The notes below the pieces were generated by a model. That model searched no databases, was not told where the DNA came from, and was given only the letters and a program-made list of their open reading frames with translations. Positions 37,763-46,275 of a DNA stretch of 64,000 nucleotides are shown here, one piece after another. Position 1 is the stretch's first letter; each line of letters begins with the position of its first letter. The translations under genes were made by a program, and so were the position numbers. The stretch comes from Hyphomicrobium sp. (GTDB lineage: Bacteria; Pseudomonadota; Alphaproteobacteria; Rhizobiales; Hyphomicrobiaceae), in contig JAIEMV010000001.1 in assembly GCA_019751875.1 (NCBI GenBank), positions 87,991-151,990 of the forward strand, in the 5' to 3' direction.

Positions 37763-38341
37763 ATGAAGGGTCTAAAGCGTGTCTTGGATCGCCTCGGGCT
37801 AAAGCAGTCGGAGTTTGCCAAGCTCCTCGACGTCAGCCCGCGCACCGTCAGTTTGTGGGCGAGCGGCGAAGTCGCCCTGCCAGGGCCCGTGAGAGCCTAT
37901 CTCAGATTGTTGCAGCACGCCGCGCCAGCGGTCAGATCAGCCGAACTGGCACGGCTGGCGTCCCCTGTTCCGATCTTTGAGGATGGTCTTTACAGTTTGA
38001 CGTATGCCACGAGCAGCGGCGGATTAAAAAAAGCGGACAAAAAGAGTGGTGTTGCGCTGCTCAGGAGTGGCTGCATCGTCGGTTCCGACATCAGCGGCGG
38101 CGCCAAATTCGAGGGAACATATCAGTATGACAGCGCCCGACAGACCAATCGCTTCCGTATCTGGCTCCGCGTTCCTCCCGCTGGAAAACTGGTCACGGGG
38201 CTTGAGGCCGGTGAAAGTGGCGCGATGGTCGAAGTCGTCGCTGACCTCGACCGTGCGGATCCCGTTGGATCGACTGTGGTCCACGTCGGTGGTCGGCCGC
38301 TCGGGTTGACTCTCGCCTACCTCGGGCCGCTACCAGGCTAA
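37763..38341 (+). CDS. XRE-family HTH protein fused to a GrlR-like (lipocalin-type beta-barrel) C-terminal domain
   Basis: The N-terminus LGLKQSEFAKLLDVSPRTVSLWASGE is an HTH_3 motif. The C-terminus DGLYSLTYATSS..GVALLRSGCIVGSDISGGAKFEGTYQYD...RFRIWLRVP follows the DGIYS...G.G.L...G...GGD...Y.G pattern I recall from EPEC GrlR. Confidence 0.7.
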   Translation: MKGLKRVLDRLGLKQSEFAKLLDVSPRTVSLWASGEVALPGPVRAYLRLLQHAAPAVRSAELARLASPVPIFEDGLYSLTYATSSGGLKKADKKSGVALLRSGCIVGSDISGGAKFEGTYQYDSARQTNRFRIWLRVPPAGKLVTGLEAGESGAMVEVVADLDRADPVGSTVVHVGGRPLGLTLAYLGPLPG

Positions 38342-38374
38342 TGTGTTTAATTCCAAACCTCGAGAAAACTCGCG

Positions 38375-38929
38375 ATGATTGATCCCGACCGACTTATTCT
38401 TCTTGGCGAGATCGGAGCCGCGCATGGAATTCGAGGCGAAGTTTCGATCCGCACCTTCACCGAGGACCCCGCAGACATTGCCGCTTATGGTCCACTAAGC
38501 GACAAAAGTGGTGCTCGCACCTTTCTGATTGCCGGGCTTAGAGTTACGTCCAAGGCGGTCATCGCGAAGCTGAAAGGGGTCGACGACCGAACCGCGGCGG
38601 AGAAGCTGCGCAATACCGAATTGTATGTGAAGCGCGGCCGCTTGCCGGAGTTGGAGCCGGGAACATTCTACCACGAAGATCTCGCAGGCCTGACGGCAAT
38701 CGATGAAGCCGGGAGCACTCTTGGAACCGTGGCAGGCGTCGTCAATTATGGAGCCGGCGACCTCATAGAGGTTGCGCGCCCAGGCGAACGAGACACATTG
38801 CTGGTGCCGTTTACGAAAAAAGCCGTACCGAATGTCGATCTCACAGCAGGTATTGTGACGATCGTCATACCGGAGTTCGCTGACGCTGATGATAACGTCG
38901 AGGCTGGTGATCTCGAATCCAATGGGTGA
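38375..38929 (+). CDS. rimM: 16S rRNA processing protein RimM
   Basis: LILLGEIGAAHGIRGEVSIRTFTEDP, then a PRC barrel (FYHEDLAGL...GAGDLIEV). 184 aa. Confidence 0.9.
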   Translation: MIDPDRLILLGEIGAAHGIRGEVSIRTFTEDPADIAAYGPLSDKSGARTFLIAGLRVTSKAVIAKLKGVDDRTAAEKLRNTELYVKRGRLPELEPGTFYHEDLAGLTAIDEAGSTLGTVAGVVNYGAGDLIEVARPGERDTLLVPFTKKAVPNVDLTAGIVTIVIPEFADADDNVEAGDLESNG

Positions 38930-38933
38930 AAGA

Positions 38934-39518
38934 ATGAAACGAACCAAAGCCGCTTGGGCCTGTATCTTCGCCGTTGGACTGGCAGTCGTATTTCTGCAAC
39001 CTCTCGGAGCCGAGCGGGCCTCGTCATTGGCCGCTGTAGAAGCGAATATCACGAAGGCATTCCCCGATGTTGCTGTTATGCCAACGGCCGACCTGGAGAC
39101 CATCGAGCAGAGCGGACAGTCTGTGATCCTTTTTGATGCGCGGAGCGAAGAGGAATTCGCCGTGAGCCGCATCAAGGGTGCGCGGCGCGTCGAGCCGGGA
39201 ATGTCAGTAACGCAATTCCAGAATGAGTTCGGCGCGGATCTCAAGGGGCGGAAGATTGTCGTATACTGTGCGGTAGGCCAGCGCAGTTCGGTGCTGGCCA
39301 GCCGCATCAAGAACGTCGCTAAACAAGCGGGCGCGGACGGCGTCTACAGTTTACAGGGCGGGATCTTTCGCTGGCACAACGAAAGACGGCCGCTTGTGGG
39401 CCCTGTGGGTGCAACCGATGAGGTGCATCCGTTTAGTGCCAACGCCGCGCGCCTCATCGAGCGGCAGGAGGGCGTCGCCTACGTGCCTGGTTCGTCGAAG
39501 TCTGCAAAAGTCGATTGA
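38934..39518 (+). CDS. Secreted rhodanese-domain protein
   Basis: Signal peptide, then ILFDARSEEEFAVSRIKGARRV and the active-site loop VVYCAVGQRSS. Confidence 0.8.
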   Translation: MKRTKAAWACIFAVGLAVVFLQPLGAERASSLAAVEANITKAFPDVAVMPTADLETIEQSGQSVILFDARSEEEFAVSRIKGARRVEPGMSVTQFQNEFGADLKGRKIVVYCAVGQRSSVLASRIKNVAKQAGADGVYSLQGGIFRWHNERRPLVGPVGATDEVHPFSANAARLIERQEGVAYVPGSSKSAKVD

Positions 39519-39528
39519 CCGCGAGAGA

Positions 39529-40764
39529 TCAGATCGCCTCGCCGCGCAGGAGGCGGGGTAAATCGCCAGAAAGACCGGCTGCCTCGGTGACGAGAAGCTG
39601 TTTGACGACCGGCATGCGGTCGACAAGACCGAGACCGGCGTCGCGAATGGCCCGGACTACGGCATTGTCCGACGAGAAAAGCCGATTGAGCCCATCGAAT
39701 GTGGCGGTGGAGACCGCACTATCGAACCTGCGCCAGCGTTCATAGCGCGAAAGGATCTCGGCATTCCCGAGGTCCAGTCCGAGCCGTGCCGCGTCGATCA
39801 GCACCTCCGCCAACGCAGCGGCATCACGCAGGGCGAGGTTGAGACCCTGACCGGCAATCGGATGAACTCCATGCGCCGCGTCGCCGATCAGCGCGAACCG
39901 ATCGGCGACATAGGATCTCGCTAAATGCATGGATAGCGGCCAGGATTGGCGACCAGCCACCATCGCGATCTCACCGAGCCGGCCACCGAAACGCTTGTCA
40001 ACCTCAGCCATGAAGGCGGACTCATCGAGGGCCAGTATCCGGCGCGCCTCTCCGGCATCTTCGCTCCATGTGATGCATGATTGGTTGCCGATCAGCGGGA
40101 GAATCGCAAATGGACCTGCGGGTAGAAAATGCTGGACTGCCGTTGCTTCGTGCGGGCGCTCATGCGCCACCCACGTCACGATCCCCGTCTGGTCGTACGG
40201 CCAGCCTATAATTTTGATGCCGGCTTTTTCGCGCAAGGATGATTGACGACCTTCGGCGGAAACGAGAAGACGTGTGCGCACTTGGCGGCCATCGGCGAGC
40301 GTCAGCATCAGGCCGGACGTTTCGCCCGCAAAAGACGTGACTTCGCTGGGCATGAGGCGTTCGATGGCCAGAAAGTCCGCCACTCGGGCGGCCAGTGCAG
40401 AGACGATCTCGGATCCGGGGACGATGTGGGTCGCGGGTTCGCCATCGACCTCGTTGTCGTAGGTCAAGACGACAGGCCGGATCCCATCATCCAGGCGGCT
40501 ATCGGTTATTTCGATGCGGCGCACGGGCTGAGCATGCGGTGCCGCGCTTTTCCAAGCACCTAAAGCGTCCATCATGTGGCGGGATGCGGCCGAGAACGCA
40601 TAAGCGCGGACATCGTTGCGAACGGCGGACGGCGGCCAAGTTCGATCAACGAGCCCGATACGCAGTTCGCCTTCGCTGGCCTTGGCCAAGGCCAGGGACA
40701 GGGACAGCCCGGCCGCGCTCGCGCCCGAGATCACAACATCGTAAGAGGAGACAGGTGAGGACAT
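39529..40764 (-). CDS. UbiH/UbiF/VisC/COQ6-family FAD-dependent ubiquinone hydroxylase
   Basis: YDVVISGASAAGLSLSLALA (dinucleotide fold), RFALIGDAAHGVHPIAGQGLNLALRDAAAL. Start at MSSPVSSYD (ATG at 40764). Confidence 0.85.
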   Translation of the reverse strand: MSSPVSSYDVVISGASAAGLSLSLALAKASEGELRIGLVDRTWPPSAVRNDVRAYAFSAASRHMMDALGAWKSAAPHAQPVRRIEITDSRLDDGIRPVVLTYDNEVDGEPATHIVPGSEIVSALAARVADFLAIERLMPSEVTSFAGETSGLMLTLADGRQVRTRLLVSAEGRQSSLREKAGIKIIGWPYDQTGIVTWVAHERPHEATAVQHFLPAGPFAILPLIGNQSCITWSEDAGEARRILALDESAFMAEVDKRFGGRLGEIAMVAGRQSWPLSMHLARSYVADRFALIGDAAHGVHPIAGQGLNLALRDAAALAEVLIDAARLGLDLGNAEILSRYERWRRFDSAVSTATFDGLNRLFSSDNAVVRAIRDAGLGLVDRMPVVKQLLVTEAAGLSGDLPRLLRGEAI

Positions 40765-40867
40765 CCCGCCTGCGTTGCTTGACACGTTGCCGACCCCGTT
40801 CGCCAATGGGCTTATCAAGTCCTCATTAGCACCGGCCAATCTCAGCGTCATGCCCGATACCGATCCC

Positions 40868-41746
40868 ATGCCATCTGCGCTTCAATCGCTGCTTTGGATT
40901 CTCGACTTGGAGACCCTGGAGCAGAACCTCTTCCGAGGGCGCAGTCCAACGGATGGTTGGCAGCGCGTATTTGGGGGCCAGGTGCTCGGTCAGGCGCTCG
41001 TCGCGGCGTCCAGAACAGTAGAGGAGGGGCGGGTCGCCCATTCTCTTCATGGGTACTTTCTTCTGGCCGGCGATCCCAAACATCCATTGATTTATGAAGT
41101 CGAGCGGACCCGGGACGGCGGCAGCTTCTCTACGCGGCGTGTGAAGGCGATCCAGCATGGCCGGGTCATCTTTACCATGAGCGTGTCGTTTCACGGCGCC
41201 GAGACGGGTTTCGAGCATTCCATCCAAATGCCGGATGTACCTCCACCCGAGGCGCTGGCGAACGCGCAAGAGCTAATCGCGCAGTTCGTGGACAAGCTGC
41301 CAGACAATATGCGCAGCTACTGGAGGCGCGAGCGGCCCATCGAGATGAAGCCGGTCGACGTGCGGCGGTATCTCAGTAACAAGCCGGCAGAGCCGCAGCA
41401 GGCGATCTGGATCCGAGCCGCCGGTGTATTGCCGAACGATCTAGCGCTGCATCAGTGCGTGCTCGCTTATGCCTCGGATTTTACACTGCTCGATACGGCG
41501 CTCATTGCGCACGGGAAGGTTCTTTTCGATCCCGAAATCCAGCTCGCCAGCCTTGATCATGCCCTGTGGCTGCATCGGCCGTTCCGTGCAGATGATTGGC
41601 TTCTTTATGCACAGGACAGCCCCAGTACCCACGCAGCGCGAGGCTTCTGCCGTGGCTCTTTCTTTGACAGGCAGGGCCAACTCATCGCGTCAGTGGCCCA
41701 GGAGGGTTTGATCCGTCGCCGAACCACGATGTTCGTGGTTAAATAA
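40868..41746 (+). CDS. tesB: Acyl-CoA thioesterase II
   Basis: MPSALQSLLWILDLETLEQNLFRGRSPTDGWQRVFGGQVLGQAL parallels the E. coli TesB N-terminus. Double hotdog fold, 292 aa. An upstream ATG at 40850 is possible. Confidence 0.85.
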   Translation: MPSALQSLLWILDLETLEQNLFRGRSPTDGWQRVFGGQVLGQALVAASRTVEEGRVAHSLHGYFLLAGDPKHPLIYEVERTRDGGSFSTRRVKAIQHGRVIFTMSVSFHGAETGFEHSIQMPDVPPPEALANAQELIAQFVDKLPDNMRSYWRRERPIEMKPVDVRRYLSNKPAEPQQAIWIRAAGVLPNDLALHQCVLAYASDFTLLDTALIAHGKVLFDPEIQLASLDHALWLHRPFRADDWLLYAQDSPSTHAARGFCRGSFFDRQGQLIASVAQEGLIRRRTTMFVVK

Positions 41747-41764
41747 CAAGCTTATGACATTTCG

Positions 41765-41781
41765 TGCCTATAATTTAGGCA
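41765..41781. promoter_or_regulatory. 17-bp perfect dyad TGCCTA-N5-TAGGCA (NtrC-type enhancer geometry, TGC-N11-GCA)
   Basis: Read directly. It lies about 100 bp upstream of the sigma54-like element, and a third related arm, TGCCCT, is at 41786-41791. Confidence 0.3.
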
Positions 41782-41865
41782 TAAATGCCCTGTCATGTTA
41801 TCCTGCTTATCGACGCGCCTTTAATAAAACTAATCAATTTCAGCCGCTTATTCCGTTGCGACTGA

Positions 41866-42324
<459 letters not shown>

Positions 42325-42365
42325 TCTCCAACTGCGACCACATCCACAAACTGGGGAGTTACCAA

Positions 42366-43847
42366 ATGACGTTTGCCCTACCACGCAGCACCGGCCGCCT
42401 CGTGGGCGCCGCGGCCGCGCTTGCCATGCTGGCGGTACCCGCCCTGGCTCAAGACGCGGCCCCGCCGACACCCGACAAAGGCGATATGACCTTCATGTAT
42501 ATCGCAACGATCCTCGTGCTTCTCATGACGGTTCCGGGACTCGCTCTGTTCTACGGCGGCCTCGTTCGGACCAAGAACATGCTCTCGATGTGCATGCAGG
42601 TTTTCGCCACCATGTGCCTCGTCATGCTGCTCTGGGTTACCTACGGTTACTCGATGGCGTTCACCAATGGTGGGGCCCTCAACGACTTCGTGGGCGGTTT
42701 TGGGAAGGCATTCCTTTCGGGCGTCGATTCTTCATCGCTTGCGGCCACCTTCTCCAACGGCGTCTACATACCTGAGTACCTCTACATCTGCTTCCAAATG
42801 ACCTTCGCGGCCATCACGCCCGCGCTGATCCTGGGCGCCGTTGCAGAGCGCATCAAGTTCTCCGCCGTGCTTCTCTTCATGGCACTGTGGGTGACCCTCA
42901 TTTATTTCCCAATGGCTCACATGGTTTGGTACTGGGCCGGTCCGGATGCCGTCGGAAACGCGGCGAAGGCTGTTGCAGAAGCTGCCGAAGGTGACGCCAA
43001 AATTGCCGCGCAGGCTGCACTCGACGCTGTGAACAGCGACGCCGGGTTGCTCTTCAAGTGGGGCGCCTTCGACTTCGCCGGTGGCACTGTCGTTCATATT
43101 AACGCCGGTATTGCTGGCCTTGTCGCATGCCTCGTTCTTGGCAAGCGCGTGGGTTATGGCAAGGAAGCCATGCCTCCGCACTCGCTCGTGATGTGCATGA
43201 TCGGCGCTGCGCTGCTCTGGGTCGGCTGGTTCGGCTTCAACGTCGGTTCGAACCTCGAAGCCAATGCATGGATCGGCGTCGTCACCATCAACACGTTCGT
43301 CGCGACCGCTGCTGCGGGCCTTTCGTGGCTGATCGTGGAATGGCTCGCCAAGGGTAAGCCCTCCCTGCTCGGCCTCGTCTCGGGTGTGATCGCGGGTCTC
43401 GTTGCCATTACGCCGGCTTGCGGTTTCGCAGGCGTCTTCGGCTCGATTATCCTTGGTCTTGTGGCTGGTATCGTTTGCTTCATCTTCTGCACGGCGATCA
43501 AGCATGCGTTCGGTTACGACGACAGTCTCGACGTGTTCGGTATTCACGGCGTCGGCGGCATTGTCGGAGCTCTTGCGACGGGTCTTCTCATCAACCCCGA
43601 TTTCGGTGGCTCGGGCATCCCCGACTACATCTCGAAGCCGGGCGAGCTGACGACGGCTCCCTACGACATGGTCTTCCAGATGACGGCACAGGCGAAGGCC
43701 GTCGGCTTCACGGTCCTGTTCTCAGGATTGGGGACGCTGATCATCCTGCTGCTGGTCAAGATGGTCGTCGGTCTGCGCCTCTCCGAGGATAAGGAGCGCG
43801 AGGGCCTCGATATCTCCGATCACGGCGAACGCGCCTACAACTATTAG
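42366..43847 (+). CDS. amtB: Ammonium transporter
   Basis: Signal peptide plus 11 TM helices. DFAGGTVVHINAGIAGL, LDVFGIHGVGGIVGAL. 493 aa. Confidence 0.95.
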   Translation: MTFALPRSTGRLVGAAAALAMLAVPALAQDAAPPTPDKGDMTFMYIATILVLLMTVPGLALFYGGLVRTKNMLSMCMQVFATMCLVMLLWVTYGYSMAFTNGGALNDFVGGFGKAFLSGVDSSSLAATFSNGVYIPEYLYICFQMTFAAITPALILGAVAERIKFSAVLLFMALWVTLIYFPMAHMVWYWAGPDAVGNAAKAVAEAAEGDAKIAAQAALDAVNSDAGLLFKWGAFDFAGGTVVHINAGIAGLVACLVLGKRVGYGKEAMPPHSLVMCMIGAALLWVGWFGFNVGSNLEANAWIGVVTINTFVATAAAGLSWLIVEWLAKGKPSLLGLVSGVIAGLVAITPACGFAGVFGSIILGLVAGIVCFIFCTAIKHAFGYDDSLDVFGIHGVGGIVGALATGLLINPDFGGSGIPDYISKPGELTTAPYDMVFQMTAQAKAVGFTVLFSGLGTLIILLLVKMVVGLRLSEDKEREGLDISDHGERAYNY

Positions 43848-43983
43848 GTTTGGCGGCGCCCGCAGGCCTCCTACTCGCGGGCGCCACTCACGCTTCTCCC
43901 GAGCACGGACTTCCCCTAGACGTGCTCCTCCCTGGCCCCGGTCGCTTCGGCGTTCCGGGGCCATTTTTTGTTTGGGAGGTCGT

Positions 43984-44517
43984 TCAAGGGATATGGACCC
44001 GCGCGCCGCGACGCAGATGGGCGAGCAGGCGCAGCAGGTCGGGGCGGCGGAGTGCGATGCAGCCTTCCGTCGGCGTAAGGCCCGGACGTGCGAGGTGGAT
44101 GAATATGGCGCTGCCGCGCCCGCGCACGCGCGGCTTGCGATTGCAGTCGAGCACGACGATAAGATCGTAGAGACCGTCTTGGCGCCACATCTTTTCGGCG
44201 GAGGCTGCATAAGGGTGGCGAATGCGTCGATTGTAGTTGCGATCCGTGGGTTCATCACACCAGCCGTCTGTCGGCGTGAGGACCTGCAACGGCAGGCCGG
44301 TTGGCGGGCGGAGGGCTCGGTCGCGGCGGTAAAACACTGCCTCAAGAGCATAGGTCCCGCTGGGTGTGGCGCCATCGCCTTCCCGCTTAATGACGCGTCG
44401 ACCGCTCCTACCTAAGGCACACGGCAGCGGGCGGCCCCCAGCCAGGAGCACGCCGCGGGTCGCTGCCCTGGACAGCGCCCTCACAAACAGTTGACCTCGC
44501 GGCTGAATTCTCATCAT
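43984..44517 (-). CDS. L,D-transpeptidase catalytic-domain (YkuD-like) protein
   Basis: C-terminal GSAIFIHLARPGLTPTEGCIAL carries the H...G-C catalytic motif. Start at MMRIQPRG (ATG at 44517); the ORF track extends to 44667. Confidence 0.75.
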   Translation of the reverse strand: MMRIQPRGQLFVRALSRAATRGVLLAGGRPLPCALGRSGRRVIKREGDGATPSGTYALEAVFYRRDRALRPPTGLPLQVLTPTDGWCDEPTDRNYNRRIRHPYAASAEKMWRQDGLYDLIVVLDCNRKPRVRGRGSAIFIHLARPGLTPTEGCIALRRPDLLRLLAHLRRGARVHIP

Positions 44518-44657
44518 TTTCCTGGTCGCAATAACTTGCCATTTCTCGCCCCACCGGGGCCAAGTCAAATTACCGGCACTTCCGGTACGGCGCCGGATGG
44601 CGGGATTGGGCTCGGTGGTCTCATGGACACGCACTTCGACACGGAGAGGACCCCAGA

Positions 44658-45341
44658 ATGACCGCACGCCGTATCCTGCTCGTCGACGACGACGAGGATC
44701 TGCGCGGCTCGCTTAAGGATCAACTGTCGCTTTACGACGAGTTCGATGTGTTCGACGCCAACACGGCGACGAAAGGGTTGGAGCGCGCCCGCGCCGACCA
44801 GCCTGACCTGCTCGTATTCGACGTCAATCTGCCCGATATGGATGGACGGGAAGCAGTAAAGCAATTGCGCAAGGGCGGCTTCAAGTCCCCCATCATCATG
44901 CTCACTGCCAATGACTCGGATGCGGACCAGATCCTTGGCCTCGACTCCGGTGCCAACGACTATATCACCAAGCCATTCAAGTTCGCGGTGCTGCTGGCAA
45001 GGATCCGGGCGCAGCTGCGACAGCATGAGCAAAGCGAAGACGCCGTTTTCACGATCGGGCCCTATACTTTCAAGCCGGCCGCAAAAATTCTGCTCGACGA
45101 GAAGGGCAGCAAAGTGCGCCTCACTGAGAAAGAAACGTCGATCCTGAAGTTCCTTTATCGTGCCGGAGACAAGGTCGTCCCTCGCGATACGCTTCTCCTT
45201 GAAGTGTGGGGTTACAATGCCGGGGTCACCACGCATACGCTTGAGACGCACATTTATCGGCTTCGCCAAAAGATTGAGAAAGACCCATCAAACTCGGAGA
45301 TCCTGATCACGGAAAGTGGCGGATACCGTCTCGCGCCTTAG
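44658..45341 (+). CDS. OmpR-family response regulator (canonical receiver; possibly the CenR-type envelope regulator)
   Basis: ILLVDDDEDLR, DLLVFDVNLPDMDG and IMLTA, plus a winged-helix output (LTEKETSILKFLY...TLETHIYRLRQKIE). No cognate kinase is in the window. Confidence 0.9.
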   Translation: MTARRILLVDDDEDLRGSLKDQLSLYDEFDVFDANTATKGLERARADQPDLLVFDVNLPDMDGREAVKQLRKGGFKSPIIMLTANDSDADQILGLDSGANDYITKPFKFAVLLARIRAQLRQHEQSEDAVFTIGPYTFKPAAKILLDEKGSKVRLTEKETSILKFLYRAGDKVVPRDTLLLEVWGYNAGVTTHTLETHIYRLRQKIEKDPSNSEILITESGGYRLAP

Positions 45342-45454
45342 CTGTGTTGTCCGGTTATTCCCAGCTCATCCACAAGGGCCTAGACCCCGCCTCTCGAATC
45401 AGCCGACCGTTGTTCCGTTCAAGTTCGGCATGACCGTCTTCGACGGCCAGCCCA

Positions 45455-45982
45455 ATGATCGGGACCGCAGAGATGGCTATCGATTCGTTCGTGCAACCGA
45501 TGTTGAAGCTGGAAATCTTCCAGGGTTTGCGCCCGCTGCAAATTACGGAAATCGCCCGCCGTGCATACCGCGTCGTGTACAAGCCCGGTGACTTCATCAT
45601 GCGCGAAGATGAAGAGGGCGATGCGGCTATCGTGATCGTGTCGGGTGAGGCTGTGCGGATTGCCGGGCCTGGTCTTTCAGACACCGCAGAGAGTGTTCCG
45701 ACCGGCTCGTTGCTGGGTGAGATGGCGATGCTTGTCGAAACCCGGCACTCGTCAACCATTGTTGCGCGGACAGCTGTTCGGGCCCTGCGCATTACGCGCG
45801 AAGAGCTTCAAGCCCAGATGGCGGAGGACGCGACGGTAGCAGAGCATTTCGTGGCTCGCATCAACGCCCGGCTGTCCTCTATCTTGGAGACCTTGAAGGC
45901 CATCGATTCGGTCATGGCAGGAACGTCGATCGTGCCCGCGATGGGCGCGCGTCCGACATTGCACCAGAGCCACGTCCACTAA
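45455..45982 (+). CDS. Stand-alone cyclic-nucleotide-binding (CAP_ED) domain protein
   Basis: LEIFQGLRPLQITEIARRAYRVVYKPGDFIMREDEEGDAAIVIVSGEA...GSLLGEMAML...RHSSTIVARTAVRAL. There is no output domain. The ATG at 45473 is an alternative start. Confidence 0.8.
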   Translation: MIGTAEMAIDSFVQPMLKLEIFQGLRPLQITEIARRAYRVVYKPGDFIMREDEEGDAAIVIVSGEAVRIAGPGLSDTAESVPTGSLLGEMAMLVETRHSSTIVARTAVRALRITREELQAQMAEDATVAEHFVARINARLSSILETLKAIDSVMAGTSIVPAMGARPTLHQSHVH

Positions 45983-45997
45983 ACCAAAACCAGGTGC

Positions 45998-46160
45998 AGA
46001 AACGAGAAGCGCCCAACTCCGGGGGGTGAAGTTGGGCGCTGCGCTCTCGCGCTAGGCACCGGGAGGGAAGCCGGCGCCTCAGGCGTGTCGTCGGGTAGAC
46101 GGGGGGGAGCTACCGATGGAAGACGACGTCGCCTGTCTGTTAGTTAGTTAAGCGCAGGTT
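45998..46160 (-). ncRNA. Candidate small RNA or structured 3'UTR: four consecutive hairpins, three with C-rich loops (minus strand), ending in a terminator
   Basis: Minus-strand reading. Hairpin 1 (46133-46082) has loop CUCCCCCCCGU. Hairpin 2 (46078-46055) has loop CUUCCCUC. Hairpin 3 is GCGC-GAGA-GCGC (46052-46041). Hairpin 4 is an 11-bp stem (46040-46008) with loop UCACCCCCCGG, followed by UCUCGUUUCU. One stem pair is G-U on the minus strand but A-C on the plus strand. Confidence 0.35.
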
Positions 46161-46275
46161 GCCCATTTTCAATAGGCCCCCTCAGGCCCGATCACAAAAA
46201 GTTGAACGAAATTGGTTTGGTTATCCCCAGGCAGGACTTGCCCGGTACCCATCTGCCACATATTCGCGCAACGCG

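Noticed and set aside
46055-46078. SRP (4.5S) RNA-like motif GGCACC-GGGA-GGGAAGCC on the plus strand.
   Set aside because: It superficially resembles the GGAA-tetraloop/AGCA helix-8 motif. However, the symmetric-loop bases (AGG/AGCA) are missing, one stem pair is A-C on this strand, and no 5'/3' closing helix is evident.
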